Source: Alphaproteobacteria bacterium (GTDB taxonomy: Bacteria > Pseudomonadota > Alphaproteobacteria > Bin95). Taken from it: 64,000 bases of DNA. The DNA is taken from contig CBDBGH010000003.1 of the NCBI GenBank assembly GCA_965205265.1, forward strand, positions 4,672,001-4,736,000. The letters run 5' to 3'. Made by a program: the position numbers and the translations under genes. Below the pieces are notes generated by a model. That model was not told the DNA's origin, ran no database searches, and saw nothing but the letters and a program-made list of their open reading frames with translations. Of this stretch, positions 46,086 through 56,396 are shown piece by piece (position 1 is the stretch's first letter; each line of letters opens with the position of its first letter).

Positions 46086-46666
46086 CGATCCGGCGCCCGG
46101 GATTCTCGCGGTGCGCGGCCAATTCGCGGCGCGGCCGGAGGATCGGACTTGCCGTCATGGCCGCGCTGGCGGCGCTGTGGCTCGCCGCCGCCTCGCGGGT
46201 GCATGTCAACGCCAGCTGGTCGGACGGCGCCTGGGGCTATCTCCTGCTGCCGCTGTTCGGCGCGGCCCCGGAGATCGGCGACCGGGTGCTGTTCGCGCCC
46301 CCGGAGACGCTGGCGTCTCCGGCGCCGTATCTCAAGACCGTGCGTGGCTTGCCGGGCATGACCGTCGCGGTCGGAACGCAGAGGACGGTCCTTCTCGACG
46401 GCGTTCCGGCCGGCCGGGCCAAGACCCACGCCCTCGACGGGCGGCCGCTCGCCGCGGTCGTCCCGGGCGTCATCCCTCCGGGGCATTACTACCTGCACGC
46501 GGATCACGCCGACAGCCATGACAGCCGCTATGCCGAGATCGGCCTCGTGCCGCGCGCCCGCATCCTCGGGCGCGCCGTCGCCCTGCCGGATCTGCCCTGG
46601 CTCGGACTCGAGGGGCCTCTCGCCGGGCCGGAGGATGCGGAGACGCCGGCGGAGGCGCAGCGATGA
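46082..46666 (+). CDS. S26 conjugative signal peptidase (pilin processing)
   Basis: NASWS, YLKTVRGLPG, SHDSRY..GLV. Confidence 0.85.
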   Translation: MTIRRPGFSRCAANSRRGRRIGLAVMAALAALWLAAASRVHVNASWSDGAWGYLLLPLFGAAPEIGDRVLFAPPETLASPAPYLKTVRGLPGMTVAVGTQRTVLLDGVPAGRAKTHALDGRPLAAVVPGVIPPGHYYLHADHADSHDSRYAEIGLVPRARILGRAVALPDLPWLGLEGPLAGPEDAETPAEAQR

Positions 46667-47310
46667 GACGCCCGACCCCGCCTTCCCTCCCGGCGCTCTG
46701 CGCCGCGCTGATGCTGGCTGCGCCCGGTTCGGCGATGGCGAAGGATCTCGGCGTGCGCGGCGCGACCTGGCCGGTGGCGGAACCGGACCTGCTGATGCAG
46801 ATCGAGGCGCGGCTCGTGGAGATGCAGCGTTCCGGCGAGATGGCGCGCTTCGAGGCGCAAGCCCGCGCGCGGGCGCGGCAGTCCCTGGAACAGCCGGATC
46901 CCGTGCCGGGCATCGCGCCGGCGCGCGAGGAGAGGAGCCGCCTGTTCGATCCCGCCGTCACGGTCGCGCAGGACATCCGCGGCCCGGACGGCGCGCTGAT
47001 CGCGGCCGCCGGAACCCGGATCGACCCGCTGGAGCGGGTGGCGCTGACGCGGGCGCTGCTGTTCGTCGACGGCCGCCGCGAAGCGGAAATCGCCTGGGCG
47101 CTGGCACATGCCCGCCCCGCGAAGATCGTGCTGCTCGCCGGACGGCCGCTCGATCTGATGCGCCGCCACGGCCGGCCTTTCTTCTTCGATGCGGGCGGAC
47201 GCCTGGCGGCGCGCTTCGACATCGCGGTGACGCCGACGCTGGTCGAGCAGGAGGGCGGGCTCCTGCGCCTCACGGAAATCCCGATCGAAGAGACGAAACA
47301 GGAGGAGTGA
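46663..47310 (+). CDS. traW: TraW
   Basis: DLGVRGATWPVAEPDLL, FDP, FFDAGG. Confidence 0.9.
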   Translation: MRRPTPPSLPALCAALMLAAPGSAMAKDLGVRGATWPVAEPDLLMQIEARLVEMQRSGEMARFEAQARARARQSLEQPDPVPGIAPAREERSRLFDPAVTVAQDIRGPDGALIAAAGTRIDPLERVALTRALLFVDGRREAEIAWALAHARPAKIVLLAGRPLDLMRRHGRPFFFDAGGRLAARFDIAVTPTLVEQEGGLLRLTEIPIEETKQEE

Positions 47311-47314
47311 ACCG

Positions 47315-47704
47315 ATGCTGAACATGAACCGGGCGACGCTGGTCGGCCATGCCGGGCGCGCCCCCGAACTTCACGGTCTGAGGAACGGCGGCAAGGCAGC
47401 GACATTCAGCCTCGCCACTGCCGAACGGTGGAAGGACCGGGACGGCAAGGCCGTCGAGGCCACGCAATGGCATCGCGTCGTCGTGTACGGCCCTGGCGCC
47501 GAGACGGTCGGCAGGATGCTGAAGAAGGGCGATGCGGTGATGGTCGAGAGCCTGCCCCGGACCCGATCCGGGGGCCGCATCGCCACCCGGACGTACCAGG
47601 CCCGCGACGGCGTCGAGCGCAGCGTCACCGAGATCGTCGTCTCGGGGCCGCAGGCCATGGTGAACGTGCTGGCGAGGCGGCGGACGGAGGATGGCGGCCG
47701 ATGA
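47315..47704 (+). CDS. ssb: Single-stranded DNA-binding protein (tail-less) with 8-aa insertion
   Basis: NRATLVGH, FSLAT, TQWHRVV, TEIV. Confidence 0.88.
   Translation: MLNMNRATLVGHAGRAPELHGLRNGGKAATFSLATAERWKDRDGKAVEATQWHRVVVYGPGAETVGRMLKKGDAVMVESLPRTRSGGRIATRTYQARDGVERSVTEIVVSGPQAMVNVLARRRTEDGGR
47549..47572 (+). repeat. 24-bp hairpin insert, copy 1 (in ssb)
   Basis: AGCCTGCCCCGGACCCGATCCGGG = SLPRTRSG. Confidence 0.85.
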
Positions 47705-48696
47705 CCCAGCGCGTCCTTCCCCTGGCGGCTCTTCTTCTGGCGATGCTGTGGTCGGCGCCGTCGGCGGCGCAGACCTGCACCGGGCGGTTCGTCAACCCGA
47801 TCTCGGACGTGTGCTGGGAGTGCCTGTTCCCGATCTCGATCGGGCCGGTGACCGTCGGCAGCGCCTCGGGCGCGCCGGACACGCCCAACCCGTCCTCGCC
47901 GGTCTGCGTCTGCGGCTCGCCCATCCCCCGCATCGGGCTGGCGCTCGGGGTGTGGGAGCCGGCAAGGCTGGTGGACGCGACCCGCGCGCCGTGGTGCTTC
48001 CCCAATCTCGGCGGCCTCGCCATCGACCCCGGCCTGCCCGCCGGGCGCGGCCGCACCGGCGCCTCGGGCGGCGACGGCGCGGCCGGCTCGGTCTGGCACG
48101 CGCACTGGTACAGGTATCCGCTGCTGTCGTGGATCGGCGCCCTGCTCGACCTCGGCTGCCTGGAGGGCGGCTCGCTCGACATCGCCTGGGTCTCCGAACT
48201 CGATCCGGCCTGGCTCGACGACGAGTTGTCGTTCCTCTTGAACCCCGAGGCGGCGCTGTTCGCCGGCCTGCCGGCCCAGGCCGCCTGCGCCGCCGACTGC
48301 GCGGCCGCGACCGCGGCCCTGCCGCTCGATGCCCTGTTCTGGTGCGCCGGCTGCCAGGGCGGGATGTACCCCCTGACCGGCAATGTCGCCGCCCATGTCG
48401 GCGGTGTGCAGGCCTCGCTGCTGGCGGCCCAGCGGCTGGTCTACCGGCTGCACCGCACGGGGATCGCCTGGGGCACGTCCGGATCCGCCGCGCTCTGCGG
48501 GCGCTACCCGATGCCGGTGATGAAGAAGTCGCAGTACCGCTGGCAGATGACCCAGCCGGTGCCGGCCACGACGCCGATGACCGGCTGCAACCCGACGGGG
48601 CGCTCCTCGGTGCTCTGGGAGACGCTGCGCGAACTGCCGGTGGCGGGCGAGAACTTCGGCTACCTGCTGTGGAGGAAACGCAATTGCTGCACCTGA
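47701..48696 (+). CDS. traU: TraU
   Basis: CTGRFVNPISDVCWECLFPI, WRKRNCC. Confidence 0.93.
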   Translation: MTQRVLPLAALLLAMLWSAPSAAQTCTGRFVNPISDVCWECLFPISIGPVTVGSASGAPDTPNPSSPVCVCGSPIPRIGLALGVWEPARLVDATRAPWCFPNLGGLAIDPGLPAGRGRTGASGGDGAAGSVWHAHWYRYPLLSWIGALLDLGCLEGGSLDIAWVSELDPAWLDDELSFLLNPEAALFAGLPAQAACAADCAAATAALPLDALFWCAGCQGGMYPLTGNVAAHVGGVQASLLAAQRLVYRLHRTGIAWGTSGSAALCGRYPMPVMKKSQYRWQMTQPVPATTPMTGCNPTGRSSVLWETLRELPVAGENFGYLLWRKRNCCT

Positions 48697-48749
48697 CCGA
48701 AAGCCTCGGACAGCGCACGCAAGCCCTCGTCCGGGACGGGCTCGCCGCG

Positions 48750-49475
48750 ATGCTCGTTCTCGCGCTCTGCTGCGGGCCGGCGCTGGCCGGGGATCCTGCG
48801 CCCTCTCCGGAAGACCGGGCGCGCAGCCTGGCCGACGAGGCGCTGCGCCGGGCGGGCGAAGATGGCAATGACGCGCTGGGCGCCTGGACGCGCGGCGTCA
48901 TCGGCCGGGCGCTGGAACGCGCGGGAGAGACCGCGCGACGGACAGTTCCCGGAACGTCCGGGCCTTCCGCCGCGCCGCTGGCGGCCGAACGGCATGCGGT
49001 GGCGACCGGCACGGGCCTCTCGGTCCGGCCGAACTCCGGCGAGGTGATCGTCTTCCTCAGCCTGTCGGTTCCGCCCGCGAGCTGGCGGCAATGGGCGGAC
49101 GACGCGGCACGGGCGGATGTTCCTCTGGTGCTGCGCGGCGTGGGCGAAGGCGGCTTGCCCGAGACCGCCAAACTGATCGCCGCACGCCTCGACGGGGCGG
49201 AGGCCGGGAGCCTGCCCCGGGCTCGATCCGGGGTCGCCATCGATCCCCGGCTGTTCCGCCTGTTCGGGGTGACACGGGTCCCGGCGGTGGTCGTCGCGCC
49301 CGGCGGCGTGCCGCCGTGCGCGAGCCGTGGCTGCGCCGGGGACCCGCCGCCGGACCATGACCTGATCGCGGGGAACATCGGCCTGATGGCGGCGCTGGAA
49401 GCGGTCGTCGCCCAGGGCGAAGCCGGGCGCCACACCGCGCGCCGGCATCTCGAACGGCTGCGCAGGGAGGATTGA
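48750..49475 (+). CDS. trbC: TrbC (F-type)
   Basis: VFLSLSVP, LVLRG, IDPRLF..VPAVV. Confidence 0.85.
   Translation: MLVLALCCGPALAGDPAPSPEDRARSLADEALRRAGEDGNDALGAWTRGVIGRALERAGETARRTVPGTSGPSAAPLAAERHAVATGTGLSVRPNSGEVIVFLSLSVPPASWRQWADDAARADVPLVLRGVGEGGLPETAKLIAARLDGAEAGSLPRARSGVAIDPRLFRLFGVTRVPAVVVAPGGVPPCASRGCAGDPPPDHDLIAGNIGLMAALEAVVAQGEAGRHTARRHLERLRRED
49209..49232 (+). repeat. 24-bp hairpin insert, copy 2 (in trbC)
   Basis: AGCCTGCCCCGGGCTCGATCCGGG = SLPRARSG. Confidence 0.85.
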
Positions 49476-50620
49476 CGATGATGACGGAACGGTCTGAATC
49501 CTATGCGGACCGCGTCCCGGCCGCCGTGGATCTCGCCGCGCGCATTGCAAGGCTGCTGGCCTGGACGGCGATGTTCGCGCTGGTCTGCCTGATGCTGTGG
49601 ATCGTGTCGGCGCAGGCGGAGGAAGACCCCCGGGCCGCGGCGCGGGCCATCGGCACGGCCGGCATGGCGGCGGCCGGCGCCATCGCCCGCGACGCCGCGA
49701 AGGCTGCGGATGTGCCGGGCCATGCCGGCACGAACCTGCCGGAGCGCGGCCTCGCGGACCCGATGATGGCAGGCGCGGCGCAGCGGCGCCTGGCCGACCC
49801 GGACGATCCCGGCGGCCTTGCCGGGCGGACGGTGAGCGAGGGCGCGGCGGTCCGCCCGGACGTTGCCGTGACCGTCGCCGATCCCGGCGTGGCGCGCGGC
49901 AAGGCCGTCGCCGCCGCTCCCGAAGCCCCTGCCCACGGCGCGGCGGGCCTCGCCTCGGGCGGTGTTGCCGCCTGTCGGGCCGGGGTCGCCGATGCCGACC
50001 GCGGCGGGGCCTGCGGCAGCGTCTCCTGGTGCGTCGGCGCGGACTGCGGGACGGTCGCGAGCCAGGCCAACACCGGCTTCGCCGAGGCGGCGACCCGGCT
50101 CAACCTGGCGGTCGGCATGGGCGGCGAGGGGTTCGACCCCGTGAGCCTGAGCATCTTCACGGGCGAGCGCCGGACCTGCCGCATCCATTTCGGCGGGCTG
50201 GCCAACTGCTGCACGAACTCCGGCCTGCTGTCCGGGCTTGCCAACTGCTCGGCCTCGGAGGTGGAACTCGCCCAGGAGCGCGGCGCCGGCACGACCCGCT
50301 ATCTCGGATCGTACTGCTCGAAGCGCGTCTTCGGCGTCTGCCTGCGGCGCTCGCGGGCCTGGTGCGTGTTCGGCTCGAAGCTCGGGCGCATCCTGCACGA
50401 GCAGGCGCGCCCGCAGCTCGGCATCGGCTGGGGGAGCTGCCGGGGGTTCACGGTGCCGGAGGTCGAGCGCATCGACTTCGCCGTGCTCGATCTGTCGGAG
50501 TTCACGGACGACCTGCTGGACGGCGCGAAGCAACCCGCCGTCGCCCTGCCCGAGGCCGGAGGCGCCCGGACATTCATGCAGGACCGGGTGCGCGACTTTT
50601 ACCGGAGGAACCCGCGATGA
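49472..50620 (+). CDS. traN: TraN (short form)
   Basis: Cys-rich; CVFGSKLGRILHEQARPQLG, CRGF..IDF..DLSEF. Confidence 0.88.
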   Translation: MTMMTERSESYADRVPAAVDLAARIARLLAWTAMFALVCLMLWIVSAQAEEDPRAAARAIGTAGMAAAGAIARDAAKAADVPGHAGTNLPERGLADPMMAGAAQRRLADPDDPGGLAGRTVSEGAAVRPDVAVTVADPGVARGKAVAAAPEAPAHGAAGLASGGVAACRAGVADADRGGACGSVSWCVGADCGTVASQANTGFAEAATRLNLAVGMGGEGFDPVSLSIFTGERRTCRIHFGGLANCCTNSGLLSGLANCSASEVELAQERGAGTTRYLGSYCSKRVFGVCLRRSRAWCVFGSKLGRILHEQARPQLGIGWGSCRGFTVPEVERIDFAVLDLSEFTDDLLDGAKQPAVALPEAGGARTFMQDRVRDFYRRNPR

Positions 50621-51447
50621 CGGCGGCACGGCCTCCCGTCCGGCGGGTGCTGGCCCGCGCTCTTGCCGTGCTCGGCGTCTGGGCGGTGCTCGGGGCGCCG
50701 GCAGCGGGCGGGGAATGGCGGTTCTGGTGCAGCGATGGCGGGGCTTCGCTCGGCTGGCACTTCTACTGCGACCGGGAGGAGGAACGGCAGGACGCCGGGC
50801 CGGCCGTGACGCAGCCCGTCCCTCCCGCTGCCGGCGAACGCCCCGCCACCGAGCGTATCGAGGCCATGCGCAAGGCGCTGGAGGAGGCCCGGGCCGAGGC
50901 GATCCTCGATCCGACGCCGGAGAAGGTCACGGCCTATCTGCGCCTCCAGCAGGAGACATTGCAGAAGGCCGCCGCCTTCTCCGACGCCTTCCGCCGCACG
51001 GTGTGGGCGACGCCGGAACTGGACTACACGCTGAAACGCCCGGTGGGGGCGCTTGCCCGCCAGGTCTGGTCGGACGAACGCCGGGCGGCGCGGGACCGGG
51101 CGCTGGCCGGCCTGAAGGACCGCTACGGGCTGATCTATCTCGGCCGTGCCGGCTGCGCGGGGTGCAAGGTGTTCGGCCCGCTGCTGCGCGCCTTCGCGCT
51201 GCGCCACGGCCTCGAGGTGCTGGCGGTCTCGCTCACCGGCGCGGCGCTGGAGGGCTGGCCCGAGGCGGTGGCCGACAACGGCCGCGCCGCCCGGCTCGGG
51301 CTCGGCGACGCCCCGGTCCCTGCCTTGGCGCTGTTCGACACGAAGACGCAACGCGTGCTGCCGGTCGGCTTCGGCGTGATGGCCGAGGACGTCATGGCGC
51401 AACGCATCTTCGCGCTCACCCAACTGGAGCCCGGACATGATTACTGA
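50617..51447 (+). CDS. traF: TraF (thioredoxin-like)
   Basis: GWHFYCD, PELDY, CAGC, VPAL. Confidence 0.88.
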   Translation: MTAARPPVRRVLARALAVLGVWAVLGAPAAGGEWRFWCSDGGASLGWHFYCDREEERQDAGPAVTQPVPPAAGERPATERIEAMRKALEEARAEAILDPTPEKVTAYLRLQQETLQKAAAFSDAFRRTVWATPELDYTLKRPVGALARQVWSDERRAARDRALAGLKDRYGLIYLGRAGCAGCKVFGPLLRAFALRHGLEVLAVSLTGAALEGWPEAVADNGRAARLGLGDAPVPALALFDTKTQRVLPVGFGVMAEDVMAQRIFALTQLEPGHDY

Positions 51448-52909
51448 GAACGCCCGCGTCCATATCGACCGTATCCGGCTTCGGCTGCGCCGGATGGCGT
51501 TCGGCGCTCTTCCATGCGCCGTCATCGCCGGGCTTCTGTCCGCCGCAACACCCGCCGATGCCGACGTGCTGTCGGAGATGGAGTCCTTCTGGCGCGGCGC
51601 GGCGGTGAACGTCACCGGTCCGACCGCCTTCGACGGCCAGGCCTCGGGCCACTGGACGCTCGGCAACCTCTATCTCAGGGCGCCGGTGCGCGCGGAGCAG
51701 ATCGCCACCGCGAGCCTGCCGTCGTTCCGCGCCGGCTGCGGCGGCATCGACGCCTTTGCCGGCGCGTTTTCCTTCATCGACTCCGACCAGCTGATCGCCT
51801 TCGGCCGCGCGGTGGCCCAGAACGCCGCCGGCTTCGCCTTCGAGCTGGCGCTGGAGACCATCAGCCCGGTGATCGCCGAGACCATGTCGAAGCTGCGCGC
51901 ACTCGCCCAGTGGGTGAACGCCCAGAACCTCAACTCCTGCGAGACCGCCCAGGCGCTGGTCGGCGCCGCCTGGGCGAAGAACGACCGGGCCAGCGCCGCC
52001 ATCTGCGCCGCCATCGGTATGTCGCAGGGCCTGTTCTCCGACTACGCCGCCGCCCGCCACGGTTGCGGCGCCGAGGGCAAGCGGAACTCGACGCTGGCGT
52101 CCGCTTCCGGGGCGATGGCCGACCAGGTGCCGGTCAACGTCAACTACGCCTGGAAGGCGGTGCGGGCGTCGGCCTTCCTCGCGGGCGATGCGCAGCTGGC
52201 GGAGTTCGCCATGGCGGTGACCGGCACGGTGATCGTCACCGCGCCGACATCCGACGGCGACGCCTCCGGCCCCCGGGTGCGCATCCTGGAGCCGCTGGCG
52301 CTGGACCGGCGCGTCACCGAGACGCTGATGGAGGGCGGCGGCAACCTGCCGGTCTACAGTTGTGACGAGACGTCGCGCTGCCTGAACCCGACATTGGCGA
52401 GCGTCACCATTCCCGCCGACCGGGGCTTCCGGGCGCGGGTCGCCGGCCTGCTGCGCGACCTGGTGGACGCGGTGCGCACCGACACGGCCCCGCCGCCGGC
52501 GGCGCTGGGGCTGGTCAACCTCACCACGCTGCCGGTCTACCGGGTGGCCAATGCGGCGGCCGCCTACCGGGGCGCGGTGGTCGAGCAGGAGATGGATGTC
52601 CTCGCCGAAGCGGTGGCGCTCGATGTCATGCAGGTCTGGCTCTCGGACCTGCACCGCATGGTCGAGGAGCGGGCCGGAACGCTGGACATCGCCGACGGGG
52701 ACCAGCTGCGGCGCTGGCGCGAGGGGCTGCGGCACAACCGCATCGCCATGGCGCGTCATCGCAATGAGGGCCTCGCCCGCTTCAACACGGCGCTTGCCGT
52801 GGTCGAGAAGCTGCGCCTGATCGAGACCGAACTCGCCGGCGCGCTCTCGGCCGACCTGCGCGCCGCGCTCGCCTTCGCCAGAGGCGGCGCCGGGGCCGGG
52901 GCGCGGTAG
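51437..52909 (+). CDS. traH: TraH
   Basis: LPSFRAGCGGIDAFAGAFSFI, NSCETAQ. Confidence 0.92.
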   Translation: MITENARVHIDRIRLRLRRMAFGALPCAVIAGLLSAATPADADVLSEMESFWRGAAVNVTGPTAFDGQASGHWTLGNLYLRAPVRAEQIATASLPSFRAGCGGIDAFAGAFSFIDSDQLIAFGRAVAQNAAGFAFELALETISPVIAETMSKLRALAQWVNAQNLNSCETAQALVGAAWAKNDRASAAICAAIGMSQGLFSDYAAARHGCGAEGKRNSTLASASGAMADQVPVNVNYAWKAVRASAFLAGDAQLAEFAMAVTGTVIVTAPTSDGDASGPRVRILEPLALDRRVTETLMEGGGNLPVYSCDETSRCLNPTLASVTIPADRGFRARVAGLLRDLVDAVRTDTAPPPAALGLVNLTTLPVYRVANAAAAYRGAVVEQEMDVLAEAVALDVMQVWLSDLHRMVEERAGTLDIADGDQLRRWREGLRHNRIAMARHRNEGLARFNTALAVVEKLRLIETELAGALSADLRAALAFARGGAGAGAR

Positions 52910-52924
52910 GGGCGGGGACGGCAG

Positions 52925-55849
52925 ATGTACGAGCTCTTCACCCTCGGCGGCGGGACCTACCTGGTCGACCTGCTGAACGCGGTGGCCGCGATCACCTCGG
53001 GCGGCGCCTATGTGACGCTGGCCCAGCTCGCCGGCATCGCCGGCCTCGGATGGATCCTGTTCCGCACCGCCTTCGGCGGCTCGTGGAAGGACAACGCGAA
53101 GTGGATCCTGCTGTTCGCCGCCGTGTGGGGGGCGATGATCGTGCCGAAGGCGACCGTGCGGGTGGTCGACCGGCTCGATCCGGCGCTGGCGCCCGCCGTG
53201 GTGGCCAACGTACCGATCGGCCTGGCGTTCTTCGCCTCGCTCACGTCGCAGGTCGGCGACGGCCTCACCCGCCTCACGGAACAGGCCTTCGCGCTGCCGA
53301 ACGACCTCGCCTACCGCCGCCACGGGCTGATCTTCGGGGCGCGGCTGGCGGCGAAGGCGACGCGGCTGGAGATCACCGACGCGGTGTTCGCAAGGAACGT
53401 CCGCAACTACGCCCGCCAGTGCGTCTTCCCGGCCCTGCTGCTGGGCCATGTCTCGGCCGACGATCTGCGGGAGAGCACCGACATCTGGTCGCTGGTCACC
53501 GCCACCGGCTCGCCCTCGGCCGGGGCCTCGCCGGCGCGCATGGTCGAATTCGCGACAAGGCAGCCCGCCTCCGGCGCCGGGGCGACGCCGGTCGACCGGC
53601 AGGTCGTCACCTGCCGGGATGCGGCGGGACGGCTGAACGGCCAGTGGAACGCCGAGATCGCGCGCGCCGGCGCGGTGTTCGGCCGGCGCATCTTCCCGGA
53701 CGCCGGGACCGGGGCCCTGGCGCGCGCCGAGCTGCTGGCGGCGCTGCCGGCCGCCCACGGCTTCCTGATCGGCGCGTCGCGAAGCGCGGCCGAGATCATG
53801 CGCCAGCAGATGGTGCTCAATGCCGTCCACGACGCCGGCGAGCAGTGGGCGGCGGAAGCCGGCAACGCGGCGGCGCTCAGGGCCTATACCGAGGCCAGGG
53901 CGGAGGCCCAGACCGTCTCGGCCTACCGCGCCATCGGGCGCCAGGCCGAGACCTGGGTGCCGCTGCTCCGCATCGTCTTCGAGTGCCTCTATGTCGGGGC
54001 CTTCCCGATGGCGGTGCTGCTGATGCTGACCCCGGCGGGGACGGCGATCTTCCGCTCGTATGTGACCGGGCTGGTCTGGCTCCAGTCTTGGGGGCCGCTC
54101 TATGCGGTGCTGCACCGCATCGCCATGGGCGAGGCGGCCGAGCGCATGGGCGCGGCGGCTGCGATGCCGGGGGGCGACGTCGGCATCTCGCTGGTCGCCC
54201 AGGCCGGCATCCGGGCGGTCGCCGCCGATGTGGCGGTGATGTCGGGCTACCTCTCCATGTCGGTGCCGTTCCTGGCCGCCGCCCTCGCCTACGGCCTCTC
54301 CAAGGCCACCGTGCTCGCGACCTCGGTGCTGGCGGTCGGCCAGGACGCCGCAAGCTCGGCGGCGCATGAGGGAACCACCGGCAATCTCAGCCTCGCCAAT
54401 ACCGGCTACGACACCCACCGCTTCGCCACCCTGGAGGGGCGCCAGATCCGCACCTCCCCCCATGTCGATACCGGCCGCTACACCGGCTATGCCCCCGCCG
54501 GGGCGGCGATGACCGTGACCGGCGACGGATCGGTGGTGGCGGACGCGGGCGCCGCCACCAGCCGCATCCCGGCCGCCGGGGTCAGGCTCTCGGAGTCGCT
54601 CGCCACCAGCCACGAGACCCGCGCCGCGCAGGCCCGCGGCCTGTCGCGCCACTGGTCGGCCGAGGCGGGCCAGGCGCGCAACGCCGCCGTCACCGACGCC
54701 ACCGCCATGATCGAGCGCTACAGCCATGACGTCAGCACCGGCGAGGCCTTCGCCCGCGGCGTCAGCGAGAGCGAATCGAGCCAGGCGCAGGCGCTGGAGT
54801 CGCATGTCGAGAAGCTGGCGGAGACCGCCGGCATCACGCGCGACCAGGCGGCGGTGCTGGCCGGCCAGGCGAGCGTCGGCGGCGGCTGGGACTTCATCGT
54901 CAGGGCGCGGGCGGACGGCTCGGTGATGTGGCGCGGCCAGACCATCGAGGCCGAAGCCTGGAACCGCATGAAGGAGTACGACCGCCAGCACGGCGTGAGC
55001 GAAACCTGGGGCCGCGTGGCGGACGCATCCAGGCGGTATACGACCCAGACTGGGGATTCCGGGCATTCGAGTCTCGATGAGAGCCTGTCGGCCAACCTGA
55101 CCCGCATGCAGAGCTTCCAGGAGCGGGCGTCGCTGGCGCGCCAGGAATCCGAAAGCTGGTCGGAACAGGCGGCGCAGGTGCGCAGCGATGCCCAGGCGAT
55201 CGAACGCGAACTCGGCCAGCCATTCTTCGCCTGGCTCACCGAACGCCCGGGCCTCGACGGAAGGCCGATCGGCGCCGCCGGCGCCATGCGCCTCGCCTCG
55301 CCCCAGACCCCGGAGGATGCCGAGGCGCTCCGCGAGCACGCCGCCGCCTTCATCGCCGACCATTATCCCGCGCCCGCCGGGCCGGATCCCGCCACGGTCG
55401 GCGGGGCGGCCGACTACGAGGGCGCGGCGGGCGTGTTGCGGGAGGCCCATGCCGGCGAGACCGCGGCCGCCCATGGCGGCTGGGCGCAAGGCGTGCGCGA
55501 CCGGGCGCAGGACGCCGGCGCACCGATCCCCGGCGAAGTCGAGGCGCAGACGCTCGAGGCGCGCGCGGCGACCAGGGCCGACATGTCCGTGAAGGAGGCC
55601 GGGCGCGAGGCGCGGGCCGGGATCGCGCGGGAGGACGCACGGGAAGGCCGCGCACGCGTGGCGGTCGAGACAGAGAAGCCCTTTGATCGCCATGCCACGG
55701 AAAGCCTGCCGGTGGTCGGCGACTGGCTCGCCGGCCAGCTGTTCGGCAGCGCGCAGAATGCGGCGCCCGACGGCGCTGCGGGTGGTTCGCGGGAGGACGC
55801 GGATCGCCCGGCCCGGCCCGAGCCCGGCTGGCGGGACCCATCGCCATGA
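52925..55849 (+). CDS. traG: TraG (F-type mating-pair stabilisation)
   Basis: MYELFTLGGG..LNAVAA, VANVPIGLA, WLQSWGPLYAVL. Confidence 0.92.
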   Translation: MYELFTLGGGTYLVDLLNAVAAITSGGAYVTLAQLAGIAGLGWILFRTAFGGSWKDNAKWILLFAAVWGAMIVPKATVRVVDRLDPALAPAVVANVPIGLAFFASLTSQVGDGLTRLTEQAFALPNDLAYRRHGLIFGARLAAKATRLEITDAVFARNVRNYARQCVFPALLLGHVSADDLRESTDIWSLVTATGSPSAGASPARMVEFATRQPASGAGATPVDRQVVTCRDAAGRLNGQWNAEIARAGAVFGRRIFPDAGTGALARAELLAALPAAHGFLIGASRSAAEIMRQQMVLNAVHDAGEQWAAEAGNAAALRAYTEARAEAQTVSAYRAIGRQAETWVPLLRIVFECLYVGAFPMAVLLMLTPAGTAIFRSYVTGLVWLQSWGPLYAVLHRIAMGEAAERMGAAAAMPGGDVGISLVAQAGIRAVAADVAVMSGYLSMSVPFLAAALAYGLSKATVLATSVLAVGQDAASSAAHEGTTGNLSLANTGYDTHRFATLEGRQIRTSPHVDTGRYTGYAPAGAAMTVTGDGSVVADAGAATSRIPAAGVRLSESLATSHETRAAQARGLSRHWSAEAGQARNAAVTDATAMIERYSHDVSTGEAFARGVSESESSQAQALESHVEKLAETAGITRDQAAVLAGQASVGGGWDFIVRARADGSVMWRGQTIEAEAWNRMKEYDRQHGVSETWGRVADASRRYTTQTGDSGHSSLDESLSANLTRMQSFQERASLARQESESWSEQAAQVRSDAQAIERELGQPFFAWLTERPGLDGRPIGAAGAMRLASPQTPEDAEALREHAAAFIADHYPAPAGPDPATVGGAADYEGAAGVLREAHAGETAAAHGGWAQGVRDRAQDAGAPIPGEVEAQTLEARAATRADMSVKEAGREARAGIAREDAREGRARVAVETEKPFDRHATESLPVVGDWLAGQLFGSAQNAAPDGAAGGSREDADRPARPEPGWRDPSP

Positions 55850-55854
55850 ATCGC

Positions 55855-56229
55855 TCAGCGCAGCCAGTCGTTGTTGCGCAGCAGTCGGTCCTCCTGGTCG
55901 CCGAGCCACTGGTAGCGGCCGGTGCGGGACGCGAACTCGTCAGTCTCCCCGTCGTCCTCCGTAAACCGGAAGCAACGGAAGACGCTCCAGTCGCGGTCGC
56001 GGATGCCGCGCCGGAGCGCACAGGCGAGGCTCGCCAGCGCCGTCCAGGCGAGGGCCGCCAGCCACAGCGGCCCGATCGCCTCTGCGCCGGCGCCGGTCGC
56101 CAGCGCCGCGGCGGTCCAGATCGCGGCAAGCGCGAAGCCGCCGGGCACGATAAGGCGCTCGGCGCGGGTCGGCCGGGAGGGATCTCCCGGCCGGTGCGGG
56201 CTGTCACCGGATGTTCGCGTCATGTTCAT
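55855..56229 (-). CDS. Small two-TM membrane protein convergent with traG
   Basis: Two hydrophobic segments and an acidic tail. Confidence 0.55.
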   Translation of the reverse strand: MNMTRTSGDSPHRPGDPSRPTRAERLIVPGGFALAAIWTAAALATGAGAEAIGPLWLAALAWTALASLACALRRGIRDRDWSVFRCFRFTEDDGETDEFASRTGRYQWLGDQEDRLLRNNDWLR

Positions 56230-56396
56230 GTCCTCCGAGCATACCGGAAACTCCGGAAAACGGAATCCCCCGGGGTAGTCCTCGGGGAAGTCCCTGCGGG
56301 ATCCTCCGGCGCCCGCCCCCGTCCGGGGCGCCTTCGCCCCGCCTCCGTCCGGCTCCGCCTCCGGCCGGCGCTTCCTGCGGGGACCGGGCGGGCGTG

